Shown here piece by piece: positions 39,980-55,500 of a DNA stretch of 64,000 nucleotides. A program made the position numbers and the translations under genes. The DNA comes from Eledone cirrhosa (Eukaryota). The DNA lies in assembly GCA_964016885.1 (NCBI GenBank), contig OZ024741.1, forward strand, positions 17,546,001-17,610,000, in the 5' to 3' direction. Numbering within the stretch: the stretch's first letter is position 1; each line of letters starts with the position of its first letter. The notes under the pieces were generated by a model, which worked only from the letters and a program-made list of their open reading frames with translations, was not told the origin of the DNA and searched no databases.

Positions 39980-40516
39980 TCTTCTGGTTTTATAATTTTA
40001 CAAAGTTTTACCAATAGAGAGAGAGTCGGTTTCTAACATAGACACAAGACTCTCTCATTGGAATTTAAACAACATCAACTAGGTAGATATTTATGTATGT
40101 CTGCATGTGTAGGTATGGATGTTATTGTTTGTGTGGATGTGGATGTTTTGAGTTGTGTGTGTGCATGTGTATATGCTTTGCATCTGTACATGTGTATATA
40201 CTTTGTATCTGTCCATGTGTACATGCAGTTACTAGATGCAACATTTTTGGAATGTTTTACATATTTTTACTGTTCCATTAATGGATTGTACTTGTAATTT
40301 CCTAACTAGTTGTGTTCTTTCTGTTCCTGTGAAGCCCAGCTTCTCAAGATTTGTATTGAGACAGTTACTAACATACCCCAGTTCCCCAATAATCACAGGC
40401 ATAAATCTGAAGGTGTAATCAGGGTGGAGTATCTGCAGATTTCTCATCAGTTCTGCATAAATATTCTCCTTTTCACTAATCTTTGATATTATATTGGCAT
40501 CTGCTGGGCAGCTAAT
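39980..40516 (-). mobile_element. R4/Dong-like RLE retrotransposon, 3' fragment (family B)
   Basis: ISCPADANII..MRNLQILHPDYTFRF..KICKTFQKCCI; 3' UTR matches 6065-6290. Confidence 0.85.
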
Positions 40517-40652
40517 GTACGTATGTATGTATGTATGTATGTATGTATGTATGTATGTATGTATGTATGTATGTATGCATGTATGTATGTATGTATGTAT
40601 GTATGTATGTATGTATGTATGTATGTATGTATGTATGCATGTATGTATGTAT

Positions 40653-41228
40653 GTGGGGTTGCCAGTTTAGTGGCCAACGACCCGACCATGGGACAGGTTG
40701 TACTGGAATACAATGTTTCTTGGTGAGGAGGGTGACTTTGGATATCCTGCAGGACTAAAAACAAAACCTGTCAAAGGGCAAAAGAGCTCTTAAGAGTCAA
40801 TGGCCATCCAAAATCACCGAGAGAGATGACGCCTTAGCCTTTGTCAAGGCAGAATTCTAGGAGAAGGAAAACTCTGATATAACACCTGCAACCCTGATGG
40901 TATCCAATGATGTTGACTTGTTCTTCTTTTTGGTAAATATCATCTTGGTTAAGAGAGTGGGACTGTCTTTGTGCAGTGCCTTTGCTCACTATAAAAGCTT
41001 CACGGCACAGGCATTGCTTTATATCTGGAGATCTCTCTGCACTTGTCGTCACATGGTGCCAGGGGCCCAGCACTATGTGTCAATAATTGTCACAAGTGTA
41101 GAGTTTGTACCAGAGTTTTCAAGTCGCTGGCTGGACTAAAAAGTCACACTCGTTCAGCGCATCGGTAGGGGTTCTCCTACATGGATATAAAGTCGTGGCC
41201 GTACTCGAAAACGAGTTGGCAGCCACCA
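40653..41228 (+). mobile_element. Non-coding RTE-derived element (subfamily A) with a 5' inversion
   Basis: Matches about 3980-4493; 40653-40716 is inverted relative to about 3913-3975. Confidence 0.75.
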
Positions 41229-41506
41229 TGTATGTATGTATGTATGTATGTATGTATGTATGTATGTATGTATGTATGTATGTATGTATGTATGTATGTA
41301 TGTATGTATGTATGTGTGTACGTATGTGACATGTGCGTTCGATAATGTATATGCGTGCGAAGGAATCCAGCTAAGTACGAAGTGTAAACAATCTGAACAG
41401 GTGAAAATCAAAAGAAAGAGAGAGAGAGGATGCGGTGAGCGAGATGAGAGAGAAAGAGAGAGTGTGAAAGAGATAGAAGGCATGAAGAGAGGGAGTGAGA
41501 AGGCAA

Positions 41507-41539
<33 letters not shown>

Positions 41540-41791
41540 AATATAATCTGTGACAGTATTATCTAGTGAACCATAAAGAAAGTATAAAAGTTATTTGATA
41601 TCACATGAGAGGGGTGATGTTCAGTTGATATAAGTTCCTATAACAACAGCAACGCCTACCAGTGAGTATATATGAGCTTGAAGTATCCCAGTGTTATATA
41701 GATATAGGTCTGGTCATTAGTTACATCAATCTAGGGCAGTTAGCAAAAGTCTTGGAACTGTCCTCCCTTCTCTAAGACATAGATGACCCAG

Positions 41792-42135
41792 TAAATGTAA
41801 TCTGAGTAATAATTGTTTCTACTTTAGGCACAAAGCCAGCAATTATCCAGTGCATTACTGGTACTTTATTTTATCGACCCCGTAAGGATGAAAGGCAAAG
41901 TCAACCTCGGCGGGATTTGAACTCTGAGTAATAATAACATTCGATTAGTTTGCAATTATGCAAACAAGCCTCATTTTTAAAGCCATGTCAGTAGAATGAA
42001 CCCTGTTTACATGCCAACACAAGAGCAAGAATGAAGTGTTCATTCTACTGATATGGCTTTAAAAATGAGACTTGTTTGCATAATTGCAAACGAATCGAAT
42101 GTTATCAATATTCGAAAAAACTCAGATTACATTTA
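41792..42135. repeat. Fold-back (MITE-like) inverted repeat with a SINE inserted in its left arm
   Basis: 41934-42001 is complementary to 42038-42106; outer arms TAAATGTAATCTGAGT / ACTCAGATTACATTTA. Confidence 0.75.
41814..41923 (-). mobile_element. 5'-truncated SINE with TSD CTGAGTAATAAT
   Basis: Reverse complement of about 716-828; direct repeat at 41802 and 41924. Confidence 0.75.
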
Positions 42136-42299
42136 TTGTATTCAGCCATGTAGAGCGAACATTTTTATTTTTATTTTTTTTTTATTTTTAGATGACCCAG
42201 TATATTGACTAGAACTCCGGTAGACTCTTGCTTCAACTCTAACTGACGAAAACATTGTGTATAGGCTACTGAAGTACTGGGTAATTTTGGTGTGAGTAC

Positions 42300-42565
42300 A
42301 TGGCGCATGGCTTAGTGGTTCAAGCGTTGAGTTTGCAATCGTGAGGTTGTGAGTTCGATTTCAGAACCAAGGGATGTGTTGTATCCTTGAACAAGACACT
42401 TTATTTCATGTTGCTCCAGGTTACTCTGCTGTAGAAATATTGACAACATCGGTGGCATGGAGAGGGGAGACTGGTATGAATGACTGCTGGTCTTCCACAA
42501 ACAACCTTGGCCGAACTTGTGTCTCGGAGGGGAACTTTCGATGTGATGATGATGATGACGATGAT
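42300..42565 (+). mobile_element. tRNA-derived SINE with (GAT)n tail
   Basis: A box TGGCTTAGTGG; B box GAGTTCGATTTC; RTE-type (GAT)n tail. Confidence 0.75.
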
Positions 42566-43064
42566 GCTGATATAATTCTTTGAGACTAATTACTATTGTA
42601 TTGTGGGTGGGTCAAACATAGATTTAATTTCACTTCAGTATAATTAATTAGGTAATTAATCCTTTAATCAGTTGATTAATTAATTCATTCATTCATCCAT
42701 TTTTTTGTCAAAGTCCTTCATCACTGCATGTGCCCTCTTCAATGACTATTGCCCTTTGCTTCTCCTTCGTCTACACTTACTCCATATTTTCTCTTTGCCT
42801 TTCTCTCTCAAAACTTCTAATCTTTTCTATAATATATGTTTTGGGGCGTGAAGCTCCTTTTAGGTTTATTATTTATATCAGGGATACCCAACATGGGGTT
42901 TTCAGGATATTCAGTACGGCCTGAGAACATGAAAAGAATTATGGTCTTATCCAGCAGATTGCACGTTGCCAACAACTGCATGGCAACATTTTTTGCTATG
43001 TTTCAAACATTTGTGCCAATTTCTATATAAATTCAAACTACTTTGCAAAGTAGTTGTAGTAGTA

Positions 43065-43180
43065 ATAATTGTTTCTACTTTTGGCACAATGCCAGCAATT
43101 ACCCAGTGCATTACTGGTACTTTATTTTATCGACCCCGTAAGGATGAAAGGCAAAGTTAACCTCGGCGGGATTTGAACTT
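43065..43180 (-). mobile_element. 5'-truncated SINE (family of 145-826)
   Basis: Reverse complement of about 717-828. Confidence 0.75.
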
Positions 43181-43195
43181 AGAATGGTTATAATA

Positions 43196-43363
43196 CCATA
43201 TTTACCGGCGTCGAAGACGCTACTTTTTTCTTAAAATAAGTCTCAAAAATCTACCATGGGTCCCGAAGGCCGAAGGTTGTTTATTATTTTTTTTCAAATT
43301 TTTGGTTGTCAAAATTAGGGTGCGTCCTCGAGGACGAAGCGTTTTCGGCGCCGAGAAATACGG
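43196..43363. mobile_element. Tc2/pogo-type Tc1/mariner MITE
   Basis: TA|CCATATTT...AAATACGG|TA termini; second copy at 46447-46615. Confidence 0.75.
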
Positions 43364-44178
43364 TATATATTATAAAAGAAAACCGTCTGTCCGTCACACT
43401 TCATATGTATATATGAAGTGTGTATTCTGCTTATGGAAAAAATTCAACATATAGACAACGCAACCTCAAAAAAATAAAAGACAAACATAAAATATGTGTG
43501 TGTATGTATGTGTGTTTCTCTATGTCCATCAACATACAGCGCGACAGACTTCAAAAGACTTTCTCGGAAACAAACCTGTGTGTCTAACGAAGTTTGATAT
43601 TAAACGCGACAACTTTAAGGACAAATCTGTGACCATAAAACCGTGAACTCTCTTCGATAGTATGGATAATTCTGATATGTGGCCGTCATCTAAATTTCGA
43701 ATATTAATGTGGCCCTTACCTCCAGAAAAAACATTCGGGGACCTCCGATGTATATACATCACTGACTTCTGCACAATTTCCTTTAGCCAAATTCCCCTGA
43801 CAAGATATTGTTCAATCTATGACTATGATAGAAGATATTTGATCAAGGTACCGTGCTGTGGGATCGAACCAAATAACAAAAAGCAAGAACTACTCTTTTG
43901 TAAAACAAAATATTTAGCTACAAGTCATTGTGTACATATTTCCAGTTGAGTCGATAATGCTAGACATTTAATTAAAGGATTACATGAATGGAATAAAGCT
44001 CTGTACTAAGTCGAACACCTGTTCACCACAATACGCACGTGCATATGTACATACACACACATACAATATTATTTACATACATATATATACATACATATAT
44101 TCACCACAATACGCACGTGGATATGTATATACACACATATAGATATACAATATTATTTACATACACACACACACACAC

Positions 44179-44226
<48 letters not shown>

Positions 44227-44743
44227 CACACATACACACACACACACATATATATATATATACATATTATATGTTACCGAAGGAAAGAGGGAGAGTGAGG
44301 GAGATAGAGAGATAGATAAAGAGAGAGAGAGAGGGCGGGAGAGAAGTACCGGGACAGACAGACAGATACTCAACATATCATATAACATGCTGTAATTATC
44401 AAGTAGGAGGAGTTTCTACTTCCGTCTCAGCAAATTATAATATAACATGTAATTATGGTTAGCACGTGAAAAATAAGAAATAACCGAGTGTATGGTGTGC
44501 TGGAACTTTGAGTGGATGGGTGGCCGGGGGCGTTGGATGAGGGCTAAATACACAATGAAAAACTAAACAAAAACACACACAGAACAGACCATATTTAGAA
44601 TATATTTAAACTATTCTGTCTGTTCTGTACAGGGTTTTGTTTGTAACTATCAGTTCGCTTGTGGTTATATTGGCTTTTTTATTTTGGTGTTGTGTATGGT
44701 TTGTTTACTTTACTTTCAGTAGCAACAGAATCAAGCAACATAT

Positions 44744-45606
44744 ACATACCCATACATACCCATACATACCCATACATACCCATACATACCCATACATAAT
44801 CATACATACCCATACATACCCATACATACCCATACATACCCATACATAATCATACATACCCATACATAATCATACATACCCATACATAATCATACATACC
44901 CATACATACCCATACATACCCATACATAATCATACATACCCATACATACACATACATACCCATACATAATCATACATACACATACATAATCATACATACC
45001 CATACATACACATACATACCCATACATACCCATACATACCCATACATAATCATACATACCCATACATACCCATACATACCCATACATAATCATACATACC
45101 CATACATACCCATACATACCCATACATAATCATACATACCCATACATACCCATACATACACATACATACCCATACATAATCATACATACCCATACATACC
45201 CATACATAATCATACATACCCATATATAATCATACATACCCATACATACCCATACATACCCATACATACCCATACATACCCATACATACCCATACATAAT
45301 CATACATACCCATACATACCCATACATAATCATACATACCCATACATAATCATACATACCCATACATACCCATACATACCCATACATACCCATACATATC
45401 CATACATAATCATACATACCCATACATACCAATACATACCCATACATAATCATACATACCCATACATACCCATACATACCCATACATACCCATACATAAT
45501 CATACATAATCATACATACCCATACATACCCATACATACCCATACATACACATACATACCCATACATACCCATACATACCCATACATACCCATACATACC
45601 CATACC
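44744..45606. repeat. 10-bp tandem repeat (CATACATACC/CATACATAAT)n
   Basis: Direct inspection, about 86 units in strict 10-bp phase. Confidence 0.95.
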
Positions 45607-45609
45607 TAG

Positions 45610-46290
45610 AGATATCTGGCCCTTGCTCGCCAGATTTGAATCCAGCTGGAATGAATATCAGTGCTGCGGAAACTGAGTCACTCGTCCTCACAAGGACGCC
45701 TGCGCAGAGCACTCTACGTGTGAATGGAGTTCCACTGAAGCAGGAGGAGAAGTTTAAGTATCTCGAAGCAGTGTTCACGAGTGATGGAAGACAGGACTGA
45801 GTTATGTGCCAAAATTACAAAAGCTGGTGCAGTAATCCCCCAGCTTCAGCATTCAGTAATCAGAAGAAGGAAGGTAGGTGTAAAAGCCAAACTTGCTGTC
45901 TTCAATTCGGTTTTCATACTATCCCTTACCTATGGTCATGAATCTTGGATAATGAACGAAAGAATACGATTGCGAATACAAGCGGCCGAAATGTGGTTCC
46001 AATGAAGGGTATTTGGTGTAACATTACTCAATAGAGTGTGTAACTCGGAGATCAGAGAGTCACTCCAGGTAGAGCCACTACTTCTCCGAATTGAGAGATC
46101 ACATCTCCTATACTATGGGCATAGGGTTAGAGTGTCTCAGGAAAGAATCGCTGGACAGATTTTACAGGCAAAACCAACCGACAGGAGACCCAGGGGTAGA
46201 TCCCTAGCAAGATAGTTGGATAACATCCATGAGATCGGCTGGTCCCATTTGAGGGTCTAGTCGGATCAGTTGGAGAGGGTTGCTTTTAAA
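45610..46290 (+). mobile_element. Degraded RTE-clade LINE RT C-terminal fragment
   Basis: VNGVPLKQEEKFKYL, KLAVFNSVF..LTYGHESW..IQAAEM, RRPRGR; contains stops and frameshifts. Confidence 0.75.
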
Positions 46291-46446
46291 ATTCACGCAC
46301 ACACATACACACATAACCACAATGTATTTTTTTTATATCAGTCATATTGCTAAAATAAGAAGTTTGCATTCCAAGCACTAGGTCCTGTCAATAGATATTT
46401 TTCCATAGTTACTCATACATTTAATTCTGTAAGTCGTTTATACATA

Positions 46447-46615
46447 TAGTATTTCCCGGCTCCGAAAGACGCTTCGTCCTCGAGGACGCACCCTAATTTT
46501 GACAACCAAAAATGTGAAAAAAAATAATAAACAGCCTTCGGCATCCAGGACCCATGGTAGATTTTTGAGACTTATTTTAGGAAAAAAGTAGCGTTTTCGA
46601 TGCCCGGAAATACGA
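46447..46615. mobile_element. Tc2/pogo-type MITE, inverted copy of 43196-43363
   Basis: Reverse-complement match including CGTCCTCGAGGACG and CCATGGTAGATTTTTGAGAC. Confidence 0.75.
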
Positions 46616-46883
46616 TACATGTTGAAATATTAAATAATTATATCCGAGAAAAAAATTAAAATATCAGTTTTATCTTTAATAGTTTCCGTGTGGTGTCAGT
46701 GATAAACATAGACTAAACGGGTATTCTTATGCGAAGCACACGTTTTGGTAAACACAAATTGCTCAGTTTGCTTCATTGTTTACATACACTAATTCTGGTA
46801 AATATTGCATAAAATACTGGACTTCAAAAATGAAATATGTTCAACGTTATTGCCATCATTATTGACGGCAGTGGTCCACTAGT

Positions 46884-48632
<1,749 letters not shown>

Positions 48633-49592
48633 AGGTTTCAACAACACACGTTTTCAGATAAAGAATCTTGCTAAATAAATTCAGAAACGAAACATATGCT
48701 GACTACAATATATACTGTTCAATCATATGCAATACTTAATTATTTAATACACTTCATCAGAAAACCTATAGTAGTGGAAATCAATTATTACACTATGAGA
48801 TAAATACACTATGAGATAGATACATGCATATACACAATGAGATAGATACATGCATATACACGATGAGATAGATACATGCATATATACATGCATATATGTA
48901 TATAATTAAGAAACGAATAGAATGAACACAACTTCGGTCATTTCCTCACTCACTCAATAATCAAGTTCGTATTATTTAAATTCAAACCGCCCACATACGT
49001 TAATAAGTGAGGAAGACGACTTCGTGTGGGTAAGATAATATAACAATATATCTATGCGACTTTTCTGTATGTTCTGTATGATCTGTTTGCTCAAGAAAAT
49101 CTTGGTACCAAAACTACGCTCCTGTGACAATATCCCAAATGTTTAAAGCTCATCACCAACGCTAGCTGGAAGCGAGCTGAGCGAGGTAATAAGTTAGCTT
49201 GTATATAAAACACACATAAAGATTGGCAGCAGCTATTTTTGTCAAAGCTTTAATATCGATGAATAAATGAATATATTTTTAATTATATTTTACTGTGTTG
49301 GAAATCAATCAATTTCCAGTTGGTAGCTGGGAATTCTTAATAATTAAAAGGCATTCCAGTCATAACCTTTTTCTCACAAACTGGGTATCTAGGAAGGCAT
49401 TGTATAAAACTTCTTTCTATCTTAATAAAGTGGAATGTCATTGGAACTTGTTGCTGTTGTTGTTTAGCCCTTGGTCAGCCTTGAACGAGCAAACTTATGA
49501 GCAAAATTATTCCAGTCATGCCCATCACATCTTTTTCGTACACAGAATCCTATTTAGAATAGTAGGATGTCACAAGACGTTCTCTTATTCGC

Positions 49593-52500
49593 GTTTATTG
49601 TAGCTGTGGTTTAGGCTCAGTTCCGCCATGACCAAGCTTTATTGTAGCTATGGTTTAGGCTCAGTTCCGCCATGACCGAGCTTTATTGTAGCTGTGATTT
49701 AGGCTCAGTTCCGCCATGACCGAGCCTTATTGTAGCTGTGGTTTAGACTCAGTTCCGCCATGACCGAGCTTTATTGTAGCTGTGGTTTAGACTCAGTTCC
49801 GTCATGACAGAGCTTTATTGTAGCTGTGGTTTAGACTCAGTTCCGTCATGACCGAGCTTTATTGTAGCTGTGGTTTAGGCTCAGTTCTGCCATGACCGAG
49901 CTTTATTGTAGCTGTGGTTTAGACTCAGTTCCGCCATGACCGAGCTTTATTGTAGCTGTGGTTTAGGCTCAGTTCTGCCATGACCGAGCTTTATTGTAGC
50001 TGTGGTTTAGACTCAGTTCCGTCATGACAGAGCTTTATTGTAGCTGTGGTTTAGGCACAGTTCCGCCATGACCGAGCTTTATTGTAGCTGTGGTTTAGGC
50101 TCAGTTCCGCCATGACCAAGCTTTATTGCAGCTATGGTTTAGGCTCAGTTCCGCCATGACCGAGCTTTATTGTAGCTGTGGTTTAGACTCAGTTCCGCCA
50201 TGACCGAGTTTATTGTAGCTGTGGTTTAGGCTCAGTTCCGCCATGACCGAGCCTTATTGTAGCTGTGGTTTAGACTCAGTTCCGCCATGACCGAGCTTTA
50301 TTGTAGCTGTGGTTTAGACTCAGTTCCGCCATGACCGAGCTTTATTGTAGCTGTGGTTTAGGCTCAGTTCCGCCATGACCAAGCTTTATTGTAGCTGTGG
50401 TTTAGACTCAGTTCCGCCATGACCGAGCTTCATTGTAGCCGTGGTTTAGACTCAGTTTCGCCATGACCGAGCTTTATTGTAGCTGTGGTTTAGGCTCAGT
50501 TCCGCCATGACCGAGCTTTATTGTAGCTGTGGTTTAGACTCAGTTCCGCCATGACCGAGCTTTATTGTAGCTATGGTTTAGGCACAGTTCCGCCATGACC
50601 GAGCTTTATTGTAGCTGTGGTTTAGACACAGTTCCGCCATGACCGAGCTTTATTGTAGCTATGTTTTAGGCTCAGTTCCGCCATGACCGAGTTTTATTGT
50701 AGCTATGTTTTAGGCTCAGTTCCGCCATGACCGAGCTTTATTGTAGCTATGGTTTGGGCTCAGTTCCGCCATGACCAAGCTTTATTGTAGCTGTGGTTTA
50801 GGCTCAGTTCCGCCATGACCGAGCTTTATTGTAGCTGTGGTTTAGACTCAGTTCCGCCATGACCGAGCTTTATTGTAGCTGTGGTTTAGGCTCAGTTCCG
50901 CCATGACCGAGCCTTATTGTAGCTGTGGTTTAGACTCAGTTCCGCCATGACCAAGCTTTATTTTAGCTATGGTTTAGGCTCAGTTCCGCCATGACCGAGC
51001 TTTATTGTAGCTGTGGTTTAGGCTCAGTTCCGCCATGGCCAAGCTTTATTGCAGCTATGGTTTAGGCTCAGTTCCGCCATGACCGAGCTTTATTGTAGCT
51101 GTGGTTTAGACTCAGTTCCGCCATGACCGAGTTTATTGTAGCTGTGGTTTAGGCTCAGTTCCGCCATGACCGAGCCTTATTGTAGCTGTGGTTTAGACTC
51201 AGTTCCGCCATGACCGAGCTTTATTGTAGCTGTGGTTTAGACTCAGTTCCGCCATGACCGAGCTTTATTGTAGCTGTGGTTTAGGCTCAGTTCCGCCATG
51301 ACCGAGCTTTATTGTAGCTGTGGTTTAGACTCAGTTCCGCCATGACCGAGCTTCATTGTAGCCGTGGTTTAGACTCAGTTTCGCCATGACCGAGCTTTAT
51401 TGTAGCTGTGGTTTAGGCTCAGTTCCGCCATGACCGAGCTTTATTGTAGCTGTGGTTTAGACTCAGTTCCGCCATGACCGAGCTTTATTGTAGCTATGGT
51501 TTAGGCACAGTTCCGCCATGACCGAGCTTTATTGTAGCTGTGGTTTAGACACAGTTCCGCCATGACCGAGCTTTATTGTAGCTATGTTTTAGGCTCAGTT
51601 CCGCCATGACCGAGTTTTATTGTAGCTATGTTTTAGGCTCAGTTCCGCCATGACCAAGCTTTCTTGTAGCTGTGGTTTAGGCTCAGTTCCGCCATGACCG
51701 AGCTTTATTGTAGCTGTGGTTTAGACTCAGTTCCGCCATGACCGAGCTTTATTGTAGCTGTGGTTTAGACTCAGTTCCGCCATGACCAAGCTTTATTTTA
51801 GCTGTGGTTTAGGCACAGTTCCGTCATGGAGAGCTTTACTGTAGCTGTGGTTTAGGCTCAGTTCCGCCATGACCGAGATTTATTGTAGCTGTGGTTTAAC
51901 TCAGTTTCGCCATGACCGAGCTTTATTGTAGCTGTGGTTTAGGCTCAGTTCCGCCATGACTGAGCTTTATTGTAGCTGTGGTTTAGGCTCAGTTCCGCCA
52001 TGACCGAGCTTTATTGTAGCTGTGGTTTAGACTCAGTTCCGCCATGACCGAGCTTTATTGTAGCTATGGTTTAGGCACAGTTCCGCCATGACCGAGCTTT
52101 ATTGTAGCTGTGGTTTAGACTCAGTTCCGCCATGACCGAGCTTTATTGTAGCTGTGGTTTAGGCTCAGTTCCGCCATGACCGAGCTTTATTATAGCTGTG
52201 GTTTAGACTCAGTTCCGCCATGACCGAGCTTTATTGTAGCTGCGGTTTAGGCTCAGTTCCACCATGACCGAGCTTTATTGTAGATGTGGTTTAGACTCAG
52301 TTCCGCCATGACCGAACTTTATTGTAGCTATGGTTTAGGCTCAGTTCCGCCATGACCGAGCCTTATTGTAGCTGTGGTTTAGACTCAGTTCCGCCATGAC
52401 CAAGCATTATTGTAGCTGTGGTTTAGGCACAGTTCCGTCATGGAGAGCTTTACTGTAGCTGTGGTTTAGGCTCAGTTCCGCCATAACCGAGATTTATTGT

Positions 52501-55500
52501 AGCTGTGGTTTAACTCAGTTTCGCCATGACCGAGCTTTATTATAGCTATGGTTTAACTCAGTTCCGCCATGACCGAGCTTTATTGTAGCTGTGGTTTAGG
52601 CTCAGTTCCCTCATGACCGAGCTTTATTGTAGCTGTGGTTTAGGCTCAGTTCTGCCATGACCAAGCTTTATTGTAGCTGTGGTTTAGGCTCAGTTCCGCC
52701 ATGACCAAGCTTTATTGTAGCTATGGTTTAGGCTCAGTTCGGTCATGACTAAGCTTTATTGTAGCTGTGGTTTAGGCTCAGTTCGGTCTTCACCGAGCTT
52801 TATTGTAACTGTGGTTTAGGCTCAGTTCCGCCATGACCAAGCTTTATTGTCGCTGTGGTTTAGGCTCAGTTCCGCCGTGACCGAGCTTTATTGTAGCTGT
52901 GGTTTAGGCTCAGTTCCGCCATGAGCAAGATTTATTGTAGCTGTTGTTTAGGCTCAGTTCCACCATGACCGATCTTTATTGTAGCTCAGGTTTAGACTCA
53001 GTTCCGCCATGACCGAGCTTTATTGTAGCTGTGGTTTAGACTCAGTTCCGCCATGACCAAGCTTTATTGTAGCTGTGGTTTAGGCTCAGTTCCGCCACAA
53101 CCAAGCTTTATTGTAGCTGTGGTTTAGACTCAGTTCCGCCATGACCGAGCTTTATTGTAGCTGTGGTTTAGGCTCAGTTCCGCCATGACCGAGCTTTATT
53201 GTAGCCGTGGTTTAGACTCAGTTTCGCCATGACCGAGCTTTATTGTAGCTGTGGTTTAGGCTCAGTTCCGCCATGACCGAGCTTTATTGTAGCTGTGGTT
53301 TAGACTCAGTTCCGCCATGACCGAGCTTTATTGTAGCTATGGTTTAGGCACAGTTCCGCCATGACCGAGCTTTATTGTAGCTGTGGTTTAGACACAGTTC
53401 CGCCATGACCGAGCTTTATTGTAGCTATGTTTTAGGCTCAGTTCCGCCATGACCGAGTTTTATTGTAGCTATGTTTTAGGCTCAGTTCCGCCATGACCGA
53501 GCTTTATTGTAGCTATGGTTTGGGCTCAGTTCCGCCATGACCAAGCTTTCTTGTAGCTGTGGTTTAGGCTCAGTTCCGCCATGACCGAGCTTTATTGTAG
53601 CTGTGGTTTAGACTCAGTTCCGCCATGACCGAGCTTTATTGTAGCTGTGGTTTAGGCTCAGTTCTGCCATGACCGAGCCTTATTGTAGCTGTGGTTTAGA
53701 CTCAGTTCCGCCATGACCAAGCTTTATTTTAGCTGTGGTTTAGGCACAGTTCCGTCATGGAGAGCTTTACTGTAGCTGTGGTTTAGGCTCAGTTCCGCCA
53801 TGACCGAGATTTATTGTAGCTGTGGTTTAACTCAGTTTCGCCATGACCGAGCTTTATTGTAGCTGTGGTTTAGGCTCAGTTCCGCCATGACTGAGCTTTA
53901 TTGTAGCTGTGGTTTAGGCTCAGTTCCGCCATGACCGAGCTTTATTGTAGCTGTGGTTTAGACTCAGTTCCGCCATGACCGAGCTTTATTGTAGCTATGG
54001 TTTAGGCACAGTTCCGCCATGACCGAGCTTTATTGTAGCTGTGGTTTAGACTCAGTTCCGCCATGACCGAGCTTTATTGTAGCTGTGGTTTAGGCTCAGT
54101 TCCGCCATGACCGAGCTTTATTATAGCTGTGGTTTAGACTCAGTTCCGCCATGACCGAGCTTTATTGTAGCTGCGGTTTAGGCTCAGTTCCACCATGACC
54201 GAGCTTTATTGTAGATGTGGTTTAGACTCAGTTCCGCCATGACCGAACTTTATTGTAGCTATGGTTTAGGCTCAGTTCCGCCATGACCGAGCCTTATTGT
54301 AGCTGTGGTTTAGACTCAGTTCCGCCATGACCAAGCATTATTGTAGCTGTGGTTTAGGCACAGTTCCGTCATGGAGAGCTTTACTGTAGCTGTGGTTTAG
54401 GCTCAGTTCCGCCATAACCGAGATTTATTGTAGCTGTGGTTTAACTCAGTTTCGCCATGACCGAGCTTTATTATAGCTATGGTTTAACTCAGTTCCGCCA
54501 TGACCGAGCTTTATTGTAGCTGTGGTTTAGGCTCAGTTCCCTCATGACCGAGCTTTATTGTAGCTGTGGTTTAGGCTCAGTTCTGCCATGACCAAGCTTT
54601 ATTGTAGCTGTGGTTTAGGCTCAGTTCCGCCATGACCAAGCTTTATTGTAGCTATGGTTTAGGCTCAGTTCGGTCATGACTAAGCTTTATTGTAGCTGTG
54701 GTTTAGGCTCAGTTCGGTCTTCACCGAGCTTTATTGTAACTGGGGTTTAGGCTCAGTTCCGCCATGACCAAGCTTTATTGTCGCTGTGGTTTAGGCTCAG
54801 TTCCGCCGTGACCGAGCTTTATTGTAGCTGTGGTTTAGGCTCAGTTCCGCCATGAGCAAGATTTATTGTAGCTGTTGTTTAGGCTCAGTTCCACCATGAC
54901 CGATCTTTATTGTAGCTCAGGTTTAGACTCAGTTCCGCCATGACCGAGCTTTATTGTAGCTGTGGTTTAGACACAGTTCCGCCATGACCGAGCTTTATTG
55001 TAGCTATGTTTTAGGCTCAGTTCCGCCATGACCGAGTTTTATTGTAGCTATGTTTTAGGCTCAGTTCCGCCATGACCGAGCTTTATTGTAGCTATGGTTT
55101 GGGCTAAGTTCCGCCATGACCAAGCTTTATTGTAGCTGTGGTTTAGGCTCAGTTCCGCCATGACCGAGCTTTATTGTAGCTGTGGTTTAGACACAGTTCC
55201 GCCATGACCGAGCTTTATTGTAGCTAAGTTTTAGGCTCAGTTCCGCCATGACCGAGTTTTATTGTAGCTATGTTTTAGGCTCAGTTCCGCCATGACCGAG
55301 CTTTATTGTAGCTATGGTTTGGGCTCAGTTCCGCCATGACCAAGCTTTATTGTAGCTGTGGTTTAGGCTCAGTTCCGCCATGACCGAGCTTTATTGTAGC
55401 TGTGGTTTAGGCTCAGTTCCGCCATGACCGAGCCTTATTGTAGCTGTGGTTTAGACTCAGTTCCGCCATGACCAAGCTTTATTTTAGCTATGGTTTAGGC

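Noticed and set aside
42300-42372. tRNA gene
   Set aside because: A and B boxes are present but there is no proper cloverleaf, and the sequence continues into a SINE body and (GAT)n tail.
43530-43950. Host exon
   Set aside because: An acceptor-like CAG exists but the frames are short and no domain is recognisable.
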